A stretch of 64,000 bases of DNA from Bacteroidota bacterium (GTDB lineage: Bacteria > Bacteroidota > Bacteroidia > Chitinophagales > Chitinophagaceae). The DNA is taken from NCBI GenBank assembly GCA_013289175.1, contig JABDAN010000006.1, positions 18,988 to 82,987 of the forward strand, given 5' to 3'. A model generated the notes under the pieces. The model did not search any database, was not told where the DNA came from, and saw nothing but the letters and a program-made list of their open reading frames with translations. The position numbers were made by a program, and so were the translations under genes. Below are positions 9,900 to 18,594 of the stretch, piece by piece. The number at the start of each line of letters is the position of its first letter. Position 1 is the first letter of the stretch.

Positions 9900-11233
9900 G
9901 ATGGATGAAGGAATAAAGATAAAATCCACACGCTGACAAAACTGATGATTCCCATCAGCAGGGTAGCCATGGAATAAACCCTCAGCATGGATTTCATTTC
10001 CAGGCCTGAAAATTTGGCTATCACCCAGAAATAGGCATCATTGGCTTGAGAAATCATCATCGATCCGGCTCCCATCGACAGCACGGCCAGCAATTTACCT
10101 GATTCAGTATGTAAACCCAGGGCGGGCAACAAGGGAAGCAAGATGGAAGAGGCGGTAATAATGGCAACGGTGGAGGAACCCTGCGCCGTTTTTAAAATGA
10201 AGGTGAGCAGGAACGGAAATACAATACCCAAGTGGGTCAGTGGAAAGGCATGGGTTACCTGCTCTCCAATTTTACCAGCAGTGAGCACGGCACCGAATGC
10301 GCCACCGGCTCCGATGATGACCAGGATGGCACCCGCTTTTTCTGCTGCATCCGATAACAGTGAATGGATGTCTGCTTTTGTCCAGCCCCTCCCATTGGAA
10401 AATGCCAGAACCAGACCAATTGACAAGGCCATGACCGGATCGCCCAAAAATGAAATGATTTTCGGCAAGGAGCCGGAGACTTCTCCATCCATTCCCAGAA
10501 ATGATTTCATGCCGATCAGACCAATGGGCACTAGGACGGGTAAAAAAGATTTAATTACCGATGGATCTTCCGGATGGGAGTCAGCGGTGGAATCTTCCTC
10601 CCGGTAAACGGCAGGAAATTTTTTGCCCGCGAATCGAGTCCAGAAATATCCGGTCAGCATGGCCGGGATAGCAATCAGGATACCGCTGAGCATGAGCTTT
10701 CCGAAATCCACACCAATAGTAGCAGCAGCGGCAGTAGCTCCAGGATGGGGGGGAATCAAACAGTGCACGGACAGAAGGCCGGTAGCCAGTGAAATGCTGG
10801 TTATGATAATCGGCGTATTGGATCTTTTTGAAAGGGACTGGTTTAAACCATTGAGTACAATATATCCGGAATCGCAAAAAACAGGAAGTCCTATTACAAA
10901 TCCCGTAATGCTGATTCCAAGGGCCGCATTTTTTTCTCCCACGATCCGCAGGATAAAACCAGCCATCACCCGACTACTGCCCGTATGGGCCAACAACAGA
11001 CCCAACGCCGTTCCCAATACAATGATAAAGCCCAGTGACTTCATGATACTACCAAAGCCATCCTTCATAGCCAAAATAATCGCAGGTGGAGGAATCTCCA
11101 GACCGAGTCCAACCACCAGGCAAGCCAGCATGAGCGAATAAAATGCCGGTATCCTATATTTTATGGACAGTAAAAAAATGAGGCCGATGCCAAGAATCAG
11201 GAAAAAAACAAATTGGAAAATGGGGACTTGCAT
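9896..11233 (-). CDS. GntP family sugar-acid permease
   Basis: PVFCDSG, PPHPG, KTAQGSSTVA, SQANDAYFW; translationally coupled to glycerate kinase. Confidence 0.92.
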   Translation of the reverse strand: MQVPIFQFVFFLILGIGLIFLLSIKYRIPAFYSLMLACLVVGLGLEIPPPAIILAMKDGFGSIMKSLGFIIVLGTALGLLLAHTGSSRVMAGFILRIVGEKNAALGISITGFVIGLPVFCDSGYIVLNGLNQSLSKRSNTPIIITSISLATGLLSVHCLIPPHPGATAAAATIGVDFGKLMLSGILIAIPAMLTGYFWTRFAGKKFPAVYREEDSTADSHPEDPSVIKSFLPVLVPIGLIGMKSFLGMDGEVSGSLPKIISFLGDPVMALSIGLVLAFSNGRGWTKADIHSLLSDAAEKAGAILVIIGAGGAFGAVLTAGKIGEQVTHAFPLTHLGIVFPFLLTFILKTAQGSSTVAIITASSILLPLLPALGLHTESGKLLAVLSMGAGSMMISQANDAYFWVIAKFSGLEMKSMLRVYSMATLLMGIISFVSVWILSLFLHPS

Positions 11234-11499
11234 GGTTATGGATGGGTAATCATTTAAATATCCCTATCATTTTTAAATACCCCCGGATAGGCCCGGGACT
11301 TCTATTGGAAAAAAACCAAACAGGAAGCATCTTCTGTTCATTGATTCGGTTAATCACGCTCAAATTACGACATCAACGCGCTTCCCCTGTTTATAATTCA
11401 TTAGGGCGACTTAAACAAAACGGAAAATTTATAACAGGAAGAGTTTTTTATCAGATCCCTTCATAGGACGATAAAAAGGAGGGCTCGGACTTCCCGTGC

Positions 11500-11529
11500 A
11501 AAAAAAAGCCATCCCACCGGGACGGCTTT
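11500..11529 (-). terminator. Intrinsic terminator of a short minus-strand transcript
   Basis: Minus strand AAAGCCGTCCC-GGT-GGGATGGCTTT followed by a T-run. Confidence 0.75.
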
Positions 11530-11569
11530 GGCGATTATTACGCCACAGCTATTTTATGAAAGATCCTGG

Positions 11570-11617
11570 TTAGGAGAAACTAACGGGATGTTTCCATGAA
11601 TTGACTGTAGATTTCAT
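11570..11617 (-). CDS. Putative 15-aa small peptide MKSTVNSWKHPVSFS (or an sRNA)
   Basis: AAAGGAGG Shine-Dalgarno 5 nt before the ATG, TAATTTTA promoter-like element upstream, dedicated terminator downstream. Confidence 0.5.
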   Translation of the reverse strand: MKSTVNSWKHPVSFS

Positions 11618-11704
11618 GAATACCTCCTTTTTTTTGCTGAAAAGTAAAATTAAGAAAAAAAATATCAAACCCCTACGGTCGCGAGCCTGGATATTGCTTC
11701 AACG

Positions 11705-11732
11705 AAGAAAGGGCCTTGTGAAAACAAGGCCC
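11705..11732 (-). terminator. Intrinsic terminator-like hairpin
   Basis: GGGCCTTG-N6-CAAGGCCC followed by TTTCTT on the minus strand. Confidence 0.6.
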
Positions 11733-12097
11733 GTGGGCTGAATATTTAAGACAGCCACATGAGCAGGTAATAATAATTTATGTTCAACTACGATTTACGA
11801 ATCTATTCGTAAGTTAGACTAAATAAATTGATTTAGATCGTCTTTTTGGATAAGTGGTAAAATGGATATTTAAACTGCAGGTTCCAATATATTATCTGTG
11901 AGCACAACGAACGGGGGAGAAAGCATCCAATGCTCCGGCCGCAGCCAATGACAGTGCTTTGCAATAAAGCCCCGCAGGCGGGGTGCTGGATCCTTCCTGC
12001 CCTCAAAAGGGCGCCGGGAGGAATCCCGGAATGGGGTTTTATCTAAGGGCGTTTCAGAAAAATAGCAAAGGTTTTAGGAAGTTGAATTTGCGCCGGG

Positions 12098-13027
12098 TCA
12101 AATTAGTTTGACCGACTTGTGCAGGCATTCTTCAGATTCCTTCATGACCCGTTTAAATTTTTCATCCGACGTTTCCGAAGGATTGGGAGTAATGGGTCTT
12201 GGTTCCTCGCTTTTAGCGGGGGCCGGATTCGTTTTTTTCATTTCGAATTCATTGACTGCATTCATATAGGCAATATTTTCAGACCGGGTCAGGGTGGTTT
12301 CGCTTCCGTGTCCCTCAAAATAATAGTGGGTAGCGATGAATTTTTTCACGTGTTCCCGGCTTTCCAGGGGCAGATACTTCTGCAATCTCCAAAAATCTTT
12401 GCTACCCGATGCCCGGATAGCCGTCCATACTGGTTTTGGACCACCGTTGTAGGCGGCGAGTACTAGGAGCCAATCGTCAAATTGTGCATACAGGTCCTTG
12501 AGGTATCGGGCGGCAGCCTTCGTACTCATCGAAAAATTCGTGCGTTCATCCAAACGGCGATTGACTTTCAGTCCCAATACTTTTGCTGTACCGGGCATTA
12601 ACTGCCAGGGGCCTCTGGCGCCTACGTGACTGAGTGCTGTTGGTTTCAGTTCCGATTCTATGACCGCAAGATATTTTAATTCCACCGGGATTCTATAACT
12701 CGTAAAAACAGAATCGATGATGTAAAAGGGAATGATGCTTCTTCTTTTTACGTTGAACAGGCAATCGCCCCTGTTTTTAATATACTTCCGGATGAACAGG
12801 GCTTCCTTTTTATTGAGATTAATCTGAGGGATTTCGCTGGGGGCCGGGCTGGTTATCTCGCTTACCGGAACGGGAACCAACGCAGCGTTTTTTTCATCAA
12901 AGCTTCTCTGCTGCTTGGCAGTGGAAGTGACAGAAAGTGTATTGTGCTTTGCCGTAGTAAAAGGTAGGGCGATAAGCAAAAATGAATTACATAAATAGAA
13001 GGCTTTTGAAAATCGGGTTTTCAACAT
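12098..13027 (-). CDS. Lytic transglycosylase (SLT domain, MltD-like, no LysM)
   Basis: LAVIESEL, GARGPWQLMPGTA, DER, LAAYNGG, LPLESREHV. Confidence 0.9.
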   Translation of the reverse strand: MLKTRFSKAFYLCNSFLLIALPFTTAKHNTLSVTSTAKQQRSFDEKNAALVPVPVSEITSPAPSEIPQINLNKKEALFIRKYIKNRGDCLFNVKRRSIIPFYIIDSVFTSYRIPVELKYLAVIESELKPTALSHVGARGPWQLMPGTAKVLGLKVNRRLDERTNFSMSTKAAARYLKDLYAQFDDWLLVLAAYNGGPKPVWTAIRASGSKDFWRLQKYLPLESREHVKKFIATHYYFEGHGSETTLTRSENIAYMNAVNEFEMKKTNPAPAKSEEPRPITPNPSETSDEKFKRVMKESEECLHKSVKLI

Positions 13028-13261
13028 CGTTTTAGTTTAGGGTAAAACAATGCCGAACCAAGGGTTGGATTTTAGCAATAAGGATTCGCTACGGATATAA
13101 GGGTCCTGTACAAAGTGCTTTCCGTGGGTACGGACATTAGGGGTTTTTCAATTTCTACGGAGAGCCTACTGTACGCGATAAAGATAATACCCTGATTTTG
13201 TAGGTCATAGGGTGTTTTACGTGGAAAAAATACGAGGTTTTTTAGGAGGTTTTTCGGTAAC

Positions 13262-13639
13262 TCAGGCGCTTTTGCGCGCAGCCAACCTCTTATGATAAAA
13301 TATATAAGAACCAAAAATGAATACCAGGCCCAAGATAACAGGTGCCCATTGGCCAATGGGATCGCCGGCAGAAAGTCCGGCATATATGGCCCCTACCAGA
13401 TCAAATGTAAAACCGGCATAAGCCCACTCTTTCAGCCTTGGAAAACCAGGAACTAACAATGCGATAACACCCAATATTTTGGCAATACTCAGCAGCGTCA
13501 GTACGCTATAGGGATAACCGATGTGTTTCATCATCTCCATTCCCTGTGGATTGGGAATTAAACTGGATATAGCAGAAAATAACATTAGTAGAATTAACAG
13601 TCCGGTAAATGTCCAGTAGGCAATGTTAGTGGATTTCAT
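13262..13639 (-). CDS. DoxX-like family membrane protein
   Basis: YWTFTGL...HIGYP...AKILG...LKEWAYAGFTFD. Confidence 0.88.
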   Translation of the reverse strand: MKSTNIAYWTFTGLLILLMLFSAISSLIPNPQGMEMMKHIGYPYSVLTLLSIAKILGVIALLVPGFPRLKEWAYAGFTFDLVGAIYAGLSAGDPIGQWAPVILGLVFIFGSYIFYHKRLAARKSA

Positions 13640-13949
13640 GAGTCGATGTTTTAATGGCTTTTAATTCCTAAAAATAGAAATGAAAAGGCAAAATCTCTTA
13701 AAAAAATAATGGCAGGACTTCCCAGAATCCTAGCGATGTCCATCTGGAGGCTGGCCATAAATCCTGAGCAGGGATGAACGCCCAGTCGGTTTTAGTATAA
13801 ACTTAGATGGAAACATAAGCGTCGGTCAAAAACGAAATCCTGTTTTTCTCGCCCGTTGCAGGCACTTCAGAAATCCTTAGTGCCGGAACTCCTCTGACCA
13901 GCAAACACACATTCAGTTTTAACACGGGCAATTGTTAGAAAATCGTTAT

Positions 13950-13988
13950 TGCATCAAAGAGGGGCATCCTCCGTATACTTTTTGCGTC
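13950..13988 (+). promoter_or_regulatory. Two overlapping ECF-type promoter variants (TGCATC-N16-CGTA and GGCATC-N16-CGTC)
   Basis: One- and two-mismatch variants of the recurring motif, ending about 23 bp before the ATG at 14012. Confidence 0.45.
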
Positions 13989-14011
13989 TAACTTATTAAA
14001 AGAAATACTTT

Positions 14012-14431
14012 ATGAAAAAGTTAATAGTTATTGCAATGAGTTTAACCGTGGTGCTCGCCGCCAGTGCACAGCGCGGACACACGGTTGTTGTAGCGGGCGG
14101 CCGATACCCGGTCGGTGTTTATGCTTATCCTCATGTCGCTTTCGGAGTTGGGTTTTATCCGCCCCTGTACAGTCCATTCGGATTTTATGGATATCCATTG
14201 TGGGGGTTTGCTTATGGAGGATATCTACCCTATGGTCCTGCATATTACAGTCCCAGTAAATTACAGCGAAAGGAAGAGGACATTAAATCCGATTATGCCG
14301 ATAGGATCTATTCTGTCCGTCAGGACAACAGTCTAACCAACAAAGAAAAACGGCAGGAAGTACGGCGTTTGAAAAAACAACGAGATCAGGAAATCCATGA
14401 TTTGGTCACCAACTACCACAAACAGCCCTGA
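14012..14431 (+). CDS. Secreted hypothetical protein with a G/Y/P-rich segment and a charged helical C-terminus
   Basis: Signal peptide ending ASAQ; aromatic/Gly low-complexity region. Confidence 0.8.
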   Translation: MKKLIVIAMSLTVVLAASAQRGHTVVVAGGRYPVGVYAYPHVAFGVGFYPPLYSPFGFYGYPLWGFAYGGYLPYGPAYYSPSKLQRKEEDIKSDYADRIYSVRQDNSLTNKEKRQEVRRLKKQRDQEIHDLVTNYHKQP

Positions 14432-14618
14432 TATCTAAGCGCAGGCATCGTTAAAACGCTTTATTTCCGGTGGACGGAGGGTTCTTCTAATTACCCCAAA
14501 CGGTCGATATTCTAGTCAGAGATTTTGGCATCGCCCGAGAGGGGAGCATCATTTCATTTGGAAGCGCTTCCCAAAGGAGATCTTTATTTTTTGCTTGAGC
14601 CCAAATAAGAATCAGTGT

Positions 14619-15404
14619 TTACCCCTGGAGAAAAGCATCGATCATTTCAACAACCAGGGCGGGTATTTTACTCTGCTTATCTTTTGCACATATTTCCGCA
14701 ATATATTCACCATGATCGCCGGGAAGAACGGCCAGTCTGGCGTCCCGAAGAATCTTCGACAAACTCAGGGCGTGCTCGACTCGAACGATTTCCCTGTCTC
14801 CGTTGATAACCAGTACGGGGGCTGCGATCGACTCGATATCCCGAACGGGGATATCTTTAAATGTTAACATCCTGGCAACATCCCGATCAAACATGGCTTT
14901 CAGTCCCGCTGGGTCGGGATTGACTTTGAGATAGGCTTCTTGAAGGGGCAGCGGCATATGTTCCAAACTTGCCTGTTGCATCCCCTGCCAAAAATCCGGT
15001 GGCATGCCTTCCCGGGAATAGAGGGTGGCAAGGAGAACAAGCTTACGAACCAAGCCCGGATGGCGGATAGCGATTTGCAAACAGGTGGTGCCTCCGTTGC
15101 TAAATCCTAAGAAATCAGCATTTTGGATATGAAGCTGTTCCATCAAAGCGGCCGTATCATCGGCGTCCTGCTCAAAACTTAGTGGACGGTCTATATCGGG
15201 AGTATGTCCATGGGCTTGCAGTTCCAGGGCTATCACCTGGCGTGTCCTGGCTAAGGCCGGCAGGATGCGACCAAAACTGGATTCAATCGTGGACCCACCG
15301 CCATGCAACAAAACTAGGGGCTTTCCCTGGCCGTGTATTTCATAGTACATGCGCAGACCATTTACAGCAGCATATTGACCGCTTGTTTTAAGATGAGGAT
15401 CCAT
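14619..15404 (-). CDS. Alpha/beta hydrolase
   Basis: LLHGG oxyanion motif, GFSNGG nucleophile elbow, GDRE, GDH. Confidence 0.9.
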   Translation of the reverse strand: MDPHLKTSGQYAAVNGLRMYYEIHGQGKPLVLLHGGGSTIESSFGRILPALARTRQVIALELQAHGHTPDIDRPLSFEQDADDTAALMEQLHIQNADFLGFSNGGTTCLQIAIRHPGLVRKLVLLATLYSREGMPPDFWQGMQQASLEHMPLPLQEAYLKVNPDPAGLKAMFDRDVARMLTFKDIPVRDIESIAAPVLVINGDREIVRVEHALSLSKILRDARLAVLPGDHGEYIAEICAKDKQSKIPALVVEMIDAFLQG

Positions 15405-15496
15405 ATAAATGATTTAAAACCAAAATAACGAATTAGAGATGGTTTGACCTGCACAACCTGGTCGAATGGGAACAAAATAAAATATCTCCGGATCGG

Positions 15497-15523
15497 TGCA
15501 ACATCTGATGGGTTAGCAACGTC
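15497..15523 (+). promoter_or_regulatory. Putative ECF sigma promoter TGCAAC-N17-CGTC
   Basis: Exact motif ending 9 bp before the ATG at 15533. Confidence 0.6.
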
Positions 15524-15532
15524 TCATAACTT

Positions 15533-15694
15533 ATGGACTATCAGCCTTCCAACCGGCTCTGGATTTTATTGTCCCGACAGCTGGGCAAAGAAATATCATC
15601 GGAAGAAAATGATGAACTGACCGTCATGCTGGCCGGAAGGGGCGAGATTGCTTATGCCAGACACCATTCTGGAAAATCATTATTCCTAATCATC
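15533..15694 (+). pseudogene. FecR/anti-sigma-like N-terminal remnant in frame with a DinB gene
   Basis: RLWILLSRQLGKEISSEENDEL resembles the N-terminal helix of Bacteroidota FecR anti-sigma factors (R.W.L..R.L.GE.S.EE..EL). Confidence 0.4.
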
Positions 15695-16135
15695 ATGAGA
15701 GAAATTGCAAAAAACCTGGAAAGGGTGGTAACGGGCTTCCTGGAAACCGACCTCTTGGGCAAGGATTGGAATTACAGTGCCGGACCCGATAAATGGACGA
15801 AAAAAGAAATCATCGGTCATTTGATTGACAGTGCCCAAATCAATCTTCAGCGATTTGTCCGGGCTACCTATTCTGAAAATTTCATAGTAACCTACGACCA
15901 GGTGGAATGGGTGGAAGCGCAACGTTATATATCGGCCGACTTATTGGAATTGTTGGAACTATGGCGCCTGCTCAACCGCCAGATCATACGGGTTTTGGAA
16001 AACTATCCTACGGAGCGCTTGCAGGTGCAATGTGATACAGGAAAATCGACACCAGATTTTCATGCCATTGAATACCTCGCACGAGACTACGTACACCATT
16101 TGGAACACCACCTCAAATCGATCGAGCTGGTTTGA
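15695..16135 (+). CDS. DinB family protein
   Basis: KWTKKEIIGHLIDSA..N.QRF...YDQVEWV...DYVHHLEHHL; internal ATG at 15695. Confidence 0.88.
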   Translation: MREIAKNLERVVTGFLETDLLGKDWNYSAGPDKWTKKEIIGHLIDSAQINLQRFVRATYSENFIVTYDQVEWVEAQRYISADLLELLELWRLLNRQIIRVLENYPTERLQVQCDTGKSTPDFHAIEYLARDYVHHLEHHLKSIELV

Positions 16136-16191
16136 ATATTTCGAAATTCGGAGACAATACAAGCAAGTCTGGGAACGCATAAAAAGAAATC

Positions 16192-18582
16192 ATGATAAAG
16201 AATTTGTTGCGCATTGCCCTTAGAAATTTCGGAAAAGACAAATGGTATAGTTTGCTCAATGTGCTTGGGCTAACGATGGGGATTAGTTTTGCCCTCTTCC
16301 TTATTTTTTATATCAAGGACGAACTGAGTTATGATCGCTACCATGACAAGGCAGACCGCATAGTCAGGATTGTTTCCTATATACAGGAGCGCGATAAAAA
16401 TACGAACTGGACCGTTACACAGCTCCCGCTGGCCTCCACCTTAAAAAAAGATTTTCCGGAGGTAGCCGAGGCCACCCGGCTCTTGAGCCGGGAAAGGACT
16501 TTATTCAAGAAGGGTACCGATGGCTTTTACGAAACCAAGATCTATTACGCCGACAGCACCATTTTTAACATTTTCAGTTATAAGTTTCTAGAAGGCAATC
16601 CCGCTACCTCCCTTGTGGCGCCCAATAGCATCGTGATTTCCAAAACACTCGCGGAAAAATATTTTGGGAAGAATGTATCTGTTGTGGGAAAAACCATGAA
16701 AACGATATATGACCTTTATAAGGTTACCGGCGTGATAGAGAATGTTCCCCATAATTCCCACCTGCGTTTTGACATGCTCATTTCGATGTCTTCGATTCTT
16801 AAGGGAGCACACGATGGTAGTGACAACTGGGGTAATTTTAACAACTTCACCTATGTCCTATTAAAACCGGGTGTTTCCCCGGAAGCATTTGATAAAAAAC
16901 TGCTGCCGATGTACGACAAGTACATGGCTCCTATTTTTGCCAAATACAATGTGAAGATTCACTACGGTGTTCAGCCGATTACGATGATTCATCTTCATTC
17001 GGATCTGGAAGGAGAACCAGAGGAATTGGGTAAAATGTCCTATGTCTGGATCTTTTCGGCCGTCGCTTTTTTTATGTTGCTCATTGCCTGCATCAATTAT
17101 ATGAACCTGACGACAGCCAGATCTGCAAGAAGGGCCAAAGAAATCGGCATCCGGAAAGTGGCTGGTTCTACAAAAAGACAACTGATACTCCAGTTCCTGA
17201 GTGAATCCCTGCTGACGGCCCTCATATCTATTTTACTAAGCATTTTACTGGTCATTGTTCTCATGCCTGTTTTTAATACCCTTGCGGGTAAATCTTTTAA
17301 CCTGCAGACACTTCTCCAGCCATTTAATATCATTTTGCTGGTGGCCATCCTTTTGTTTACAGGTCTGGTAGGAGGCAGTTACCCCGCTTTTTATATCGCT
17401 AGTTTCCAGCCCGTAAACATTTTGAAAGGCTCCTTGTCCAAAGCATCCGGCAATGTAAACCTACGTCGAACCTTGGTCGTCCTGCAGTTTTCTATTTCCA
17501 TGATTATGCTCATTTGCACCTGGGTGGTTTATGCACAGCTTTCCTACATACGCAAGCAGGATCTCGGGTTTAACAAAGAACAGGTTATGAAGGTTACACT
17601 CAATACAGGAGAAGATGAGCGCAGCAAGATTCTGGCGATGGACAACGAATTCAAAACCATTCCCGGTATAAAGACCGTCGGCACCGCCAATAATTATCCC
17701 GGCAGTCCCGGTATTAATTTAAATCTTTTTACCGTTCAAACAAATACCGGCCATGTGGACAAAGCCATCGAATGTTATGGTATTGATGAAAATTACCTGG
17801 CTTCTCTGGGAATCCCTATTGTGAAGGGCCGAAATTTTTCAACACCCGCCGATACCCTGCATAGCATCTTGGTTAATGAAGCCATGGTAAAACATTTTGA
17901 CTGGAAAAACGCCATTGGGAAAAGGCTGAAATTTCCGGAAGATACTTCAGGGCATTACCTGGAGGTAGTAGGCGTAGTAAAGGATTTCAATCAAAAATCA
18001 CTCTACAATAAGATTGCTCCGCTGTTGTTGTTTTATTCACCCAACAGTAATATCATAGAACTAAAACTCAATTCCAGTAATATTTCAAAAACAATCCCTC
18101 AGGCAGAGTCGGTTTGGAAAAAATATTTCCCACAATTGCCTTTTGAATATAAATTTCTTGACGAGGATTTTGATTCACAATATGCAGCTGATCAGAAAAG
18201 GGGAAAGATTTTTGCCGCTTTTTCCATACTCACCATTCTCATTACCTGTCTGGGTTTGTTGGGTCTTACTGCCTTTACCACCCAGCAGAAGCAGAAAGAA
18301 ATCAGTATACGCAGGGTGTTGGGTGCCAGTATTTTTCAAGTTGTCACCCTGATTGCCCGCAATTATATCTGGTTGTCTTTAATTGCAGCAGCCTTGGCCT
18401 TTCCGATTGCCGGAATATTCATGTATAACTGGTTACAGATATTTTCTTACAATGTCGGCCTGTCTGCTTTTCCCTTTATATTGTCTGCCCTGATCATTGT
18501 CGTTACTGCTTCGGCCACAGCATCCTTTCATTCCGCAAAGGCCGCGATGTCAAGTCCGGCAAAAGTTTTGAAAACCGAATAA
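16192..18582 (+). CDS. ABC transporter permease (FtsX/MacB type, duplicated)
   Basis: MIKNLLRIALRN..., ACINYMNLTTARSARRAKEIGIRKV, KEISIRRVLGAS. Confidence 0.93.
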   Translation: MIKNLLRIALRNFGKDKWYSLLNVLGLTMGISFALFLIFYIKDELSYDRYHDKADRIVRIVSYIQERDKNTNWTVTQLPLASTLKKDFPEVAEATRLLSRERTLFKKGTDGFYETKIYYADSTIFNIFSYKFLEGNPATSLVAPNSIVISKTLAEKYFGKNVSVVGKTMKTIYDLYKVTGVIENVPHNSHLRFDMLISMSSILKGAHDGSDNWGNFNNFTYVLLKPGVSPEAFDKKLLPMYDKYMAPIFAKYNVKIHYGVQPITMIHLHSDLEGEPEELGKMSYVWIFSAVAFFMLLIACINYMNLTTARSARRAKEIGIRKVAGSTKRQLILQFLSESLLTALISILLSILLVIVLMPVFNTLAGKSFNLQTLLQPFNIILLVAILLFTGLVGGSYPAFYIASFQPVNILKGSLSKASGNVNLRRTLVVLQFSISMIMLICTWVVYAQLSYIRKQDLGFNKEQVMKVTLNTGEDERSKILAMDNEFKTIPGIKTVGTANNYPGSPGINLNLFTVQTNTGHVDKAIECYGIDENYLASLGIPIVKGRNFSTPADTLHSILVNEAMVKHFDWKNAIGKRLKFPEDTSGHYLEVVGVVKDFNQKSLYNKIAPLLLFYSPNSNIIELKLNSSNISKTIPQAESVWKKYFPQLPFEYKFLDEDFDSQYAADQKRGKIFAAFSILTILITCLGLLGLTAFTTQQKQKEISIRRVLGASIFQVVTLIARNYIWLSLIAAALAFPIAGIFMYNWLQIFSYNVGLSAFPFILSALIIVVTASATASFHSAKAAMSSPAKVLKTE

Positions 18583-18594
18583 CCGTCGACCGGG

